From positions 57,105 through 121,104 of the forward strand of contig DASWZV010000163.1 in NCBI GenBank assembly GCA_036407095.1: a stretch of DNA of 64,000 nucleotides, read 5' to 3'. This DNA is from Vicinamibacterales bacterium (lineage in GTDB: Bacteria > Acidobacteriota > Vicinamibacteria > Vicinamibacterales > UBA2999). Shown here piece by piece: positions 45,240 through 54,166 of the stretch. Both the position numbers and the translations under genes were made by a program. Every line of letters starts with the position of its first letter. Positions within the stretch are counted from its first letter, which is position 1. Below the pieces are notes generated by a model. That model was given only the letters and a program-made list of their open reading frames with translations. It was not told where the DNA came from and did not search any database.

Positions 45240-46459
45240 CGAGGGGCCGCGTCCGCTTCGAGCTGCCGCAACAGCAGCACGCCATCGCTGACGACGCGCT
45301 CGCCTTCCGTGACACCGCTCACGACACGCACGCGCTCGGGTCCGCTGGCGATGGTTTCGATCTCACGGCGGGAGAAGGTCTGCGGGCCGGTCTGCACGTA
45401 CACGAACGAACGGCCCTCCTCGACGAACACCGCCTTTGTCGGCAGCGACAGCAGCGCCGTCTGCTCCGGCAGATACAGGATGATCGACGCGAACATCCCG
45501 GGTTTCAGATGCGCAGCGGGATTGGCCACGAGGAACCGGACCTTGGCCGTGCGTGTCTGTGGGTCCACGACCGACGCGATGCGGGACACCTGCGCGATGA
45601 ACCGGTCGGTCGGATACGCAGCGGTGGCGACGTCCGCCTTCTGACCCACCGAGACGTCACGGAGGTCGCGTTCGAAGATGTCCCCCTCCACCCATACGGT
45701 CGAGAGATCCGCGATGGTCACGAGCGCCGGCGTCTCGGGCCCGACGAACTGACCGTTGGTGACACTCCGTTCAATGACGGTGCCGTCGATCGGTGAGCGC
45801 ACCGGAATGCGCGGCTGGACCCGCGTCGCATCGTCCTCCGCTTTCGGGTCGAAGCCAAGCACCTGAAGGCTCTCCTCCGACTGGAGCACCTTCGAACGTG
45901 CCTTCGCGAGCTCGCTTTCGGACTGCTCGAGCGCGATGCGCGACGTCGCTTCGTGCTCGAAGAGATCCTTGGTCATCGCGTACGTCTTGTCCGCGAGCTC
46001 GAGATCCTTGTGGCTGGCGAGGTGATCGGCAAATGCCGCTGCCACCTCGCGGCTGCTGAGCACGAACAGGACGGCGTTCTTGCGTACTGTGTCGCCTGCG
46101 TTCACGGCGATGTCCTGCACCTGGCCGGACACGGGCGGGATGAGCTTCGCGGTGCGATCGGCGTTGAATTCGACAGTGCCCGTCGCTTTGATCGTCGTGG
46201 CAGGCCCGTGAGTCGAGAGTGCCTCGGTGCTCACCTGCTTGATCTGTGACGCATCGAGATGGAGACCGGCCTCCTTCTTTGGAGCCTGCGTCTCCGAGGG
46301 CGTCGCCGCCGACGCATCGGTCGCGGGATCCTCGCCGCGGCAGCCTGCTGTCCCGAGAGCGGCCGCCAGTACGACGAACACCATCGCCAGTACGTAAAGA
46401 CCGCCTTTAGGCGGCCTTGCGCTGGGCCGCCTGAAGGCGGCCCCTGCATCAAACGTCAT
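45236..46459 (-). CDS. czcB: efflux RND periplasmic adaptor (CzcB/CusB-like), probable lipoprotein
   Basis: ATGA overlap with the czcC stop at 46456-46459 and a 4-nt overlap with czcA. Lipobox LGTAGC. An alternative ATG at 46384 would exclude the REP-encoded N-terminus. Confidence 0.8.
   Translation of the reverse strand: MTFDAGAAFRRPSARPPKGGLYVLAMVFVVLAAALGTAGCRGEDPATDASAATPSETQAPKKEAGLHLDASQIKQVSTEALSTHGPATTIKATGTVEFNADRTAKLIPPVSGQVQDIAVNAGDTVRKNAVLFVLSSREVAAAFADHLASHKDLELADKTYAMTKDLFEHEATSRIALEQSESELAKARSKVLQSEESLQVLGFDPKAEDDATRVQPRIPVRSPIDGTVIERSVTNGQFVGPETPALVTIADLSTVWVEGDIFERDLRDVSVGQKADVATAAYPTDRFIAQVSRIASVVDPQTRTAKVRFLVANPAAHLKPGMFASIILYLPEQTALLSLPTKAVFVEEGRSFVYVQTGPQTFSRREIETIASGPERVRVVSGVTEGERVVSDGVLLLRQLEADAAPR
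46399..46442. repeat. two family 3 hairpins inside the czc operon / czcB 5' region
   Basis: CCGCC-TTTA-GGCGG at 46401-46414 and GGCCGCC-TGAA-GGCGGCC at 46425-46442. Confidence 0.8.
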
Positions 46460-47736
46460 TGGACCATCTCCCGCCCAACAACCAGCGCAAGCGTGGCCTG
46501 GGCACGCCGATATGCAGCCTGCGCGGTGTAGTAGGTCTCCATCGTGTCGTTGTAGGCGCGCTGCGCATCGAGGACATCGAGCAGCGAGGTCGCGCCCGCC
46601 TGATACATGTAAGTCGTGCCCGCGCGTGCCGCGGCGGTCGGCTCGAGGAGGTCGCGTTCGATCTCGATGAGCAGCTGCCGCGACGCGTCGAACGCTTCGT
46701 AGGCCGAGGCCACCTCGCCTGCGACGTTCGTTTCAACCGCGGTCGCGGTTCGCGTCGCCTTGTCGCCCTCGGCCTCCGCTCTCGCGATTTCACCTTGATT
46801 GCGGTTGAACACCGGCAGCGGCACGCTGAAGAACAGTCCGAGCAGATTGCCTTTGCCGTTGACGCCCTGCTGACGGCGGTACTCGGTGCCGAGGACGTAG
46901 TCCACCTTGCCCTGCGCGACCTGAAGTCGAAGATCGGCCTGCGTGCGAGCCTGCTCGAGCTGCGCCGCATGCAGATCGGGTCGAGCGGTCTTCGCCGTGT
47001 CCTGCAAGGCCTGAAGATCGGGACTGGCGGGCGACGGCGACAGCCCGAGACGATCGTCGATATCGATCGGCGGCTCGTCGGGTTTCCTTCCGAGCAGCGG
47101 CAGCAGCTTCAATCGGGCCTGTGTGAGCGCGAGCTCGGCGGTCCGGACGCTACCCCGGTACTGGAGCATCGCCACGCGCGATCGCGAGACTTCCACCGGG
47201 GCAATCGCACCGCTCGTGAGTCGCCGCTCGTTCAGCTGCAGGAGCCGATCGAGCGCCTGCAGATTGTCTTGTGCGAGCTGCAGTTTGGCCTTGGCTTCGA
47301 GGACGTCGATGCCCGCCAGCGTGACATCGAGCTTCAGCCGCCTCACCGATTCGGCGAGCTGTGCTTCGGCCATTCGCTTCGCGTCATCGGCGACCTCCGA
47401 TCGAAGCTCGCGCTTGCGCGCACGCTCGAACGGCATATCAACTCGAAGGGAATATTCGGGCGGTCCCGCGCCGTTGACCTCGTTGAATCCTGTACCAAGC
47501 CAATCAAGGCTGTTGGCCCCGCCCGACAGCACCGGATTCGGCCTCAGTCGCGCGGTGATCACGCCGGCGTCGGCGATCGACAGATTCGCGCGCTCGGCGA
47601 GCAGGCCGAGGTTCCGCTGAACCGCTTCGTCCACGGCGCCTTCCACGGTCAGCGTTCGGAACACACTCTGCGCGACGGCGCCTCGAGACATCAGGCACGA
47701 CACCGTCACCACACACGCAATGACGCACACCTTCAT
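46456..47736 (-). CDS. czcC: TolC-family outer-membrane efflux protein
   Basis: Signal peptide. Two OEP repeats with long Ala/Leu/Arg-rich helices. First gene of the czcCBA arrangement. Confidence 0.8.
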   Translation of the reverse strand: MKVCVIACVVTVSCLMSRGAVAQSVFRTLTVEGAVDEAVQRNLGLLAERANLSIADAGVITARLRPNPVLSGGANSLDWLGTGFNEVNGAGPPEYSLRVDMPFERARKRELRSEVADDAKRMAEAQLAESVRRLKLDVTLAGIDVLEAKAKLQLAQDNLQALDRLLQLNERRLTSGAIAPVEVSRSRVAMLQYRGSVRTAELALTQARLKLLPLLGRKPDEPPIDIDDRLGLSPSPASPDLQALQDTAKTARPDLHAAQLEQARTQADLRLQVAQGKVDYVLGTEYRRQQGVNGKGNLLGLFFSVPLPVFNRNQGEIARAEAEGDKATRTATAVETNVAGEVASAYEAFDASRQLLIEIERDLLEPTAAARAGTTYMYQAGATSLLDVLDAQRAYNDTMETYYTAQAAYRRAQATLALVVGREMVQ

Positions 47737-47834
47737 AGACGACCCACTCCGAGAGCATCAAAGAGACGTGCCCTAACGGCCTGTGTGCGGGTCGGCTAGA
47801 AACTACTCAGGTTGAGGAAACGCCCGACGCAGGG

Positions 47835-48602
47835 TTAGGACGACAGGGTGCGAAGGGCGGCGGGAGGTGCGCGCGGACTCGATTGAGAGGCAGGTTGATA
47901 CGAACGCCGTGCGCATCGATACCGCACGACTGACAGGTGCGCCGAACCAGCAGGCGGCGCTCGAAACGCGACCGGCAGACCAACCGCCACACGACGAGGC
48001 GGTGCCTCGAGCGCGGCAGCATTGATTAAGGGATCCGTCGTGTCGGCCGAGTGGGATGACTGAATCGTGCCTGGCAGATCGTGCACATTGCCAGCGGTGA
48101 AATTGCCGTGCCCGTCGTTCAGCCAGACACCGACCGTCTCTCCAAACAAGGGAGTGCCGACGATGACGTCGAGATCGTTGTCGCTGTCGACGTCAGCAAC
48201 TCTGATCGTGAGCGCCACGTGACGGGATTCGAACGTGACGTCATGCACCCCCTGACCGGAGATCGAAAACTCCAGACGATAGGCGCTCGTTCGTCCGGCG
48301 ACGTGATCGGCAACGGCTACGTCGGGTTTCCCATCCGCGTTGAAATCGTTGACGACGCTGGACCAACCGAACGGTCTGGCCGCGTCGCCGAATCTGAAGA
48401 TTGGTTGCTCGGATCGATCCGGTGGCGTCAGCTCTGACGCAAAAATCAACGCTGCGTCGTCGGCGGCAGCTGCTGCTAAACGATGTGTGCTGGAAGAAGA
48501 CAGGAGTGCGAGAGCGCAGCACACCCAGTAGATCGCGCGTGGCAAAAACCGCCTGGCACCCACTTCGTTGCGATGATACAGGCCTCGATCCGTGTGACGC
48601 AA
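47835..48602 (-). CDS. small FG-GAP/VCBS-repeat protein
   Basis: FNADGKPDVAVADH and VADVDSDNDLDVIVG are FG-GAP Ca-binding loops. Hydrophobic leader. Confidence 0.55.
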   Translation of the reverse strand: MRHTDRGLYHRNEVGARRFLPRAIYWVCCALALLSSSSTHRLAAAAADDAALIFASELTPPDRSEQPIFRFGDAARPFGWSSVVNDFNADGKPDVAVADHVAGRTSAYRLEFSISGQGVHDVTFESRHVALTIRVADVDSDNDLDVIVGTPLFGETVGVWLNDGHGNFTAGNVHDLPGTIQSSHSADTTDPLINAAALEAPPRRVAVGLPVAFRAPPAGSAHLSVVRYRCARRSYQPASQSSPRAPPAALRTLSS

Positions 48603-48719
48603 GCGACGCTCGTCCGCGCGTCTGACGAGTCAGGCGTCTCAGTCCGTTCACCGTAGAGCGCCGACTTCCACCTTCGCCGAGGCTCCGGCGGACAAGTCAG
48701 CCTGCGCGTCGATTCGCGC

Positions 48720-48739
48720 GCGGGGGCTGAAGCCCCCGC
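48720..48739 (-). terminator. GC hairpin downstream of the ADOP permease
   Basis: GCGGGGGC-TGAA-GCCCCCGC, an 8-bp stem with a tetraloop, 22 nt after the stop. There is no U-tract. Confidence 0.4.
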
Positions 48740-48760
48740 TCTACGCTTTCTCTGCCCGTT

Positions 48761-51124
48761 CTAGTCGCCGCGAAGCACGATCAGCGGGTCGGTGCGCGCC
48801 GCGCGCAGAGCGGCTGGAAGCACGGCGAGTACGGCAGTCACGATGAGCACGGCCGCAGCGGCAGTCCCCACGCTCGCGATGTCTGAGCCGTGCGATGCGA
48901 ACAGGACACCGCCAAGGGCGCGAACGGCGCCAACGGAGAGTAAACCTCCAGACGCGAGCCCGCATCCGACGACGAACGCACTCCGCCCGATCGTCGCGCG
49001 CAGAATCTCCATCGGTCGCGCACCGAGCGCAACGCGAATAGCGAGCTCGGGGCGGCGCCGTGCGACATCATGAGCGGCCACGCCGAAGAGGCCGATCGTG
49101 CTGAGCACGACGGCAAGCAGCGCAAAAGCACCAAACACGGCGGTGAGCAGGCGGCGGGCAGGAACGCCAGGCGAAGTGGCGACGATCTCCGCCATCGATT
49201 GAATCCCGTACACCGGAAGATTCCCGTCGAGCCGTGCAACCTCCCGGCGCACTGTGGTAATCACGTCCCCGGCTGGACGAGCGGCCTTGATGACGAGAAT
49301 GCTCGACGGCGACGGCACCTGCGCCCACGAGAGATACAGGGTCGGCAAGGTCGCTTCATCGAGCGCACGGAGCTTGACGTCGCCAACGACTCCGATGACC
49401 TCGGCCATCTCCGATCTAGCTGCAAGAAACACACGCCGGCCGATCGCCTGCTCACCCCCGAACAGACTGCTCGCCAGCGACTCGCTGAGCATCACGCGCA
49501 GCGGCGCTCCTGCGTCGTCTTGCTGATCGAACGATCGACCGGCCATCAGTCGGATCCGCATCACGTCGAAATACCCTGGGCTCGCGGTGCGGATCACCGC
49601 TTCTCGTCCCATGTCCGCCGGCCGCCTGCTCACCAGTCCGCGCCCGCGGTCCTGGGTCAACGGAACTTCATCGATCAGCGAAGCCGTGCCGGCACCCAGC
49701 CGATCGTTCAGCGCCCGCTGCAGCGTCGAGTAGAACGACGACACGCGATCGGGACCCGCATACGTCGCCACCGGCAGCGATACCTTCATCGCGATCACGC
49801 CGTTCGAGTCGAATCCAGGATTGACGTCGAGCACCGCGAGCAGCGTTCGGCCGAGAAGCGCCATCGACACGAGCAGCACGAACGCGAGTGCGACTTCAGC
49901 GCCGACGAACAGCCGCCGCAACACCAGCTCGCGGGCCGCCGGCGTCGAGCCGCGCCGCAGCATCTCGGCCACGCTCCATCGTCCTGCTCCAAACGACGGC
50001 AGAGACCCGCAGATCAGTGCGCACACGCACGCGATCGCGGTGACGATGCCGATTACCGGCGCGCTCACGACGACGTCGTGGTTGGCGACAGCACCAAACT
50101 GCGCCACCGCGAGTCGAGCTGCCACTGGCGTCATCCACTGCGCGAGAACAATACCGAGCAGGGTCCCCACTGCGACGAGCGCTGCGGCCTCGATCAGCGA
50201 CTGCCTCGTGGTTTCGAAGGCGCCCGCGCCAAGGGCGTTTCTCAGCGCAAGCTCGCGATGGCGATCGAGCGACCTCACCATCAACAGACCTGCCAGGTTC
50301 GTGAAGGCAATGAGCAGGGCAACCCCAGCCGCGCCCGCGAGAAGGACGAGAGTCGTTCGGCTGTTTCGTGCGATCGCGGCTGCGACCGGCGTCACGACCG
50401 CGCGTGATGGCGGTAACGACGCGCGGCTGACATCATCCAAGGTTGCCGCCAGCTGCGACGGCGAGGCCCCCACGGCCAGCCGCGCGATCGCGAGGACGCG
50501 ATAGCGTGGACGCCCCGTCTGGCCCGGCAGGACGGACAACGGCCGCCACACGGCGCTCGGGTTCAACCCATAGAAAAATGCTTCTGGCAGCACGCCAACG
50601 ATCGTGTGCGCACGACCGCCCAGGACGATCTGCCGGCCGATGACAGCGGGATCGGCGCCGAGCTTCTGCCGCCAGAACGTATGGCTCACGATCGCGACAG
50701 CGCGGCCGACATCGTCGAGACCGAACGAGCGGCCCATCACCGGCGCCACGCCGAGCACCTTCAGAAATCCTGGCGTGACGTCGTTTGCGCTGATGCGCTC
50801 GGCCGCACCGAGTCCCGTGAGCGTCAGGTTGGTTCCGTCGATCGCTTCGATTGACGCGATCGACGTCGCACGCTGGCGCCAGGCGTCGATGACCGTATCA
50901 GGTACGGCGCGCGGCGCCGAAGCGGGCCCGTCGATCGGCACCTCGCCGATGGTCACGAGCGCATCAGGGTGTGCGAACGGGGGTGGCGTCAGCAATACCG
51001 CGTCGACGATGGCGAAGATCGATGCACCGGCTCCAACAGTGAACGCCAGCGTCACCACAGCCGCGATGGCGCTGGCGGGAGAACGCCGCACGCTTCGAAC
51101 GAGGTGGAACAGGTCGAGTCGCAT
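48761..51124 (-). CDS. ADOP-family duplicated FtsX/MacB-type permease
   Basis: 787 aa with two MacB_PCD + FtsX halves. N-terminal LFHLVRSVRRSPASAIAAVVTLAFTVGAGASIFAIVDAVLL is typical of acidobacterial duplicated orphan permeases. Confidence 0.85.
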   Translation of the reverse strand: MRLDLFHLVRSVRRSPASAIAAVVTLAFTVGAGASIFAIVDAVLLTPPPFAHPDALVTIGEVPIDGPASAPRAVPDTVIDAWRQRATSIASIEAIDGTNLTLTGLGAAERISANDVTPGFLKVLGVAPVMGRSFGLDDVGRAVAIVSHTFWRQKLGADPAVIGRQIVLGGRAHTIVGVLPEAFFYGLNPSAVWRPLSVLPGQTGRPRYRVLAIARLAVGASPSQLAATLDDVSRASLPPSRAVVTPVAAAIARNSRTTLVLLAGAAGVALLIAFTNLAGLLMVRSLDRHRELALRNALGAGAFETTRQSLIEAAALVAVGTLLGIVLAQWMTPVAARLAVAQFGAVANHDVVVSAPVIGIVTAIACVCALICGSLPSFGAGRWSVAEMLRRGSTPAARELVLRRLFVGAEVALAFVLLVSMALLGRTLLAVLDVNPGFDSNGVIAMKVSLPVATYAGPDRVSSFYSTLQRALNDRLGAGTASLIDEVPLTQDRGRGLVSRRPADMGREAVIRTASPGYFDVMRIRLMAGRSFDQQDDAGAPLRVMLSESLASSLFGGEQAIGRRVFLAARSEMAEVIGVVGDVKLRALDEATLPTLYLSWAQVPSPSSILVIKAARPAGDVITTVRREVARLDGNLPVYGIQSMAEIVATSPGVPARRLLTAVFGAFALLAVVLSTIGLFGVAAHDVARRRPELAIRVALGARPMEILRATIGRSAFVVGCGLASGGLLSVGAVRALGGVLFASHGSDIASVGTAAAAVLIVTAVLAVLPAALRAARTDPLIVLRGD

Positions 51125-51685
51125 TCAGCCCTGAGTTCCGCTGATGATACGTAAGTACGCCCGCCACGGGCCGACTTCGTCCGAGTACTGCCGGGCGAGC
51201 ACTCGCGAGATTTGCACCAGGTGATCGAGATCGTGTGCCACCCACGTCGCCAGGAGCTGGCGGAGCGTGACCACGCCGAGCTCCGGATGACGTCCGCGCC
51301 GGTCGAGATCGGCCTCCGTCACCCGCAGCGCCGCAAGCTCGCGGAGGCTGCTCGAACGCAGCGCCGCGAATTCGTCGAGCAGGCCGGCCAGTGCCCTGCC
51401 CTTTGAGATCTCGAACTGTGCGAGGCGATCGAACTTCTCGAAGGGGCGTGCGTCGCCATGTTCGAGGATGATCCTGGCGCGCGGGATCCAGTCCGTTCGC
51501 TCGCCGTGGATCAAGTGTCCGACGATATCGAACGAGCTCCAGGTCGCGCCACCTTCATGTGCCGCGATCCAACCGTCAGGAAGCCCGCGCAACAGCGCGT
51601 CAAGGGTCGACGGGGTTCGAGACAGGATGGCAACCGCTTCGCCCATGGCGAACGGCCGGCGGGTACGATCGGTCGGTGTGGTCAC
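51125..51685 (-). CDS. DinB-family protein
   Basis: Motifs IVGHLIHGE and WVAHDLDHLVQI. Its stop (51125-51127) directly abuts the ADOP ATG (51122-51124). GTG start; an alternative ATG lies at 51646. Confidence 0.75.
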   Translation of the reverse strand: MTTPTDRTRRPFAMGEAVAILSRTPSTLDALLRGLPDGWIAAHEGGATWSSFDIVGHLIHGERTDWIPRARIILEHGDARPFEKFDRLAQFEISKGRALAGLLDEFAALRSSSLRELAALRVTEADLDRRGRHPELGVVTLRQLLATWVAHDLDHLVQISRVLARQYSDEVGPWRAYLRIISGTQG

Positions 51686-51699
51686 GTCACAAGCTTAGA

Positions 51700-53535
51700 A
51701 TGGTTCAGGAATCGATGCGTCCCCGTCTGACCCTGGCACTCTTCATCTGTGTGCACTTGCTTGCGAGCGCGGCCGCAGCAGCGGCGTTCGTTACGCGTTT
51801 CTCTCACAACCCTCGCACCATTGCCGCGCACGTACTCGTGCTGGCGGTTTGGGATTTGTGTCTGGTCGCGCTGCTGACCTCGTTCGTCAGCTTCAGCGCA
51901 CGCGGGACCCGCTGGCCCTTTCTGGCCTACCGGCTGCTGATGGCGGTGACATGCACGCTGCAGATCTATCTGTACGCGCTCAACGCGATCAGCAATTCCT
52001 CGTGGGGCCGTAACATCACCGGCCATCTCGTCATCGCGTTTGCACCAACCGTGTGGTCCGGCAGGGAGCCGTTTCCGCTCGGCGCGCTCGGCATCAGCGC
52101 GTTCGCCTGGGGCATGCTGGTGCTGATGTTGGCGGCGATCGGGTGGCCTCGTCTGCTCGCCGGCGATCACGACTCTTGGCGATTTCATCGCGCGCGGGCG
52201 CTCGCGATGACCGTGGCGGGTGTGACGTTCGTCGCGCTGACTCTCCGGCACGGGATCGCCGATCGCGACAATTTGTTGTGGAAGGACGAGCTGGTCGCGA
52301 GCTTCTTCCGCCCCGTAGGGTATGCGTTCGAGCCGACCGCCCGTCGTCAGGCGGTTGCGGAGCGTGATGCCGTGCTCCGCGCCTCGTATCCCCGGCACGT
52401 GGGAGGTGCCCACCGCAAGAACGTCGTCCTGATCATCGTCGATTCACTGCGCGCCGACCGCATGCAGATCTACGGATACCAGCGGCCGACCACACCCTTT
52501 CTCGCCGAGCTCGGACACGACGGGCGCATGAAGAAAGTGGAGTCGGCGTTTTCAACGTGCTCGGAATCCTTTTGTGGCATCACGAGCACCCTCGCCGGGC
52601 GCGAGTTCCGCGACATCAGTGCTCGGACGTTTCAACTCCAGGACGTCCTCCGGGACGAAGGCTATCAGACGTGGTTCCTGCTCTCGGGCAATCACAGCGC
52701 GTGGAACGGGCTCCCGAGCTTCTATCGCTCGAGCGACGACACGTTCTTCGACGGGTCGCACACGCAGCGGTACACGATGGACGATGATCGGCTCGTGCTC
52801 GAGGGGCTCGAGCGCGTTCCAACGGCATCGCCCGATCAGCCGACCTTCTTCTATATCCATCTGATGTCCACGCACTACCTCGGTGTGCAGTTTCCGGAGT
52901 CGCACGTCTTCACGAGTCCGGACGACCTGGTGAGCCCCGGCCTCGAGCCGTACAAGATCCTCGAGCAACTGAACAAGCCTGACCGCTACGACGACAAGGT
53001 GCTCCAGGTCGACGGCATCATCCGTCAACTCTTCGACGCGCTCGGGACCAAGCGCTACCTCGATGACGCGATGGTCGTGATCACGGGGGACCACGGCGAG
53101 GGACTGGGCGAGCGTCACTGGGCGCACGGGTGGAATCTCTACAACGAGGACATCCGAATCCCGCTGCTGCTGTACGACGTGCCCGCGGCGACCTACCCGG
53201 ACCTCTCATTCGCGACGCAGGTGGACATCGCGCCGACGATCGTCGATCGCCTGGGCCTGCCGATTCCGGCGTCATGGGAAGGACAGTCGCTGCTCGCGCC
53301 CACGGGTCAGCGTTTCACGTACCACCAGACGTACTTCGTGCCCAATCGCTTCGCCGTGCTCTATCGCGACAAGGATGCGCTCTTCAAGTTCATCGCCACG
53401 CCGCAGTACGGCACCGAGGAGTTGTACGACCTCAGGCGCGATGACGGCGAGGCGCGAAATCTCATCACCGAACAGCCCGGACTCGCAACGCTGCTCCGCG
53501 ACAAAGTCCGCGGCTATCTCACCGACGAACCGTAG
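51700..53535 (+). CDS. membrane-anchored sulfatase-like hydrolase/transferase (LTA-synthase/phosphoethanolamine-transferase-like)
   Basis: About 5 N-terminal TM helices. VVLIIVDSLRADRM. ITGDHGEGLGE. Start is at 51700 or 51715. Confidence 0.75.
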   Translation: MVQESMRPRLTLALFICVHLLASAAAAAAFVTRFSHNPRTIAAHVLVLAVWDLCLVALLTSFVSFSARGTRWPFLAYRLLMAVTCTLQIYLYALNAISNSSWGRNITGHLVIAFAPTVWSGREPFPLGALGISAFAWGMLVLMLAAIGWPRLLAGDHDSWRFHRARALAMTVAGVTFVALTLRHGIADRDNLLWKDELVASFFRPVGYAFEPTARRQAVAERDAVLRASYPRHVGGAHRKNVVLIIVDSLRADRMQIYGYQRPTTPFLAELGHDGRMKKVESAFSTCSESFCGITSTLAGREFRDISARTFQLQDVLRDEGYQTWFLLSGNHSAWNGLPSFYRSSDDTFFDGSHTQRYTMDDDRLVLEGLERVPTASPDQPTFFYIHLMSTHYLGVQFPESHVFTSPDDLVSPGLEPYKILEQLNKPDRYDDKVLQVDGIIRQLFDALGTKRYLDDAMVVITGDHGEGLGERHWAHGWNLYNEDIRIPLLLYDVPAATYPDLSFATQVDIAPTIVDRLGLPIPASWEGQSLLAPTGQRFTYHQTYFVPNRFAVLYRDKDALFKFIATPQYGTEELYDLRRDDGEARNLITEQPGLATLLRDKVRGYLTDEP

Positions 53536-53560
53536 AGCGTCTTCGACCTGTCCGTGCTTG

Positions 53561-54118
53561 GATCACCTGGCGGCCGCACGTGAGCCAAGCGATGGCGGTG
53601 TGGTTGCGGCCTCGCTCCGGTTCGACGCCGCGGAAAAACGGCTCGTCCGCGCGTGCGCTGACGCTGCCGGCGACGGCTGATCCTGATCCGCGCGACCGTG
53701 AACAATCGTGTCGATAACGAAGTAGCTGGGTGCGGCGGTGGCGAATCAGCGCCGCCGCCGATGGGGCCGCTCCCGAGCCGTTTTACTGTCTGTCGCTGGT
53801 CGCGGCGCGAACAGTCGCTCCGCCGCAGCCACACCGCCGTCGCTTGGCGGAGTGTGCGGCGGCTCACCGGGCGGGCCTGGGGTCGGCGACCTGTTCGCGG
53901 CGTGAGGGGCGAAGAGAGTAAATCGGGTCTGGAGGCGCAGCGAGCGCCGTCGCCGGTGATTCGCCACGGTCGGACGGGCGAGCTGGTTATCGACACGATT
54001 CTTGGCTGTCGTCAGGATCATCCAAGGCGACGGCGTAATCGTCAGCTCCATCGCCGGAAGACCCGATTTTCCACGCCGTCGAACCGGGAGCCGACGCCAG
54101 GCCCGCCCGGTGAGTCGA
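53561..54118. repeat. four ~130-160 bp repeat copies in alternating orientation (two back-to-back palindromes)
   Basis: Inverted pairs are 53584-53610 with 53822-53848, 53701-53718 with 53986-54003, 53863-53880 with 54097-54114, and 53613-53647 with 54057-54091. Confidence 0.8.
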
Positions 54119-54166
54119 CGCTACGGAGACGTGAAACGCGCCAGTCAGACGGGGATTGGTGACACG

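Noticed and set aside
43173-45644. 823-aa ORF on the plus strand
   Set aside because: It is entirely antisense to czcA/czcB. Its Arg/Asp/His/Glu-rich low-complexity translation is the mirror ORF expected in GC-rich DNA, and the opposite strand has a full-length RND transporter.
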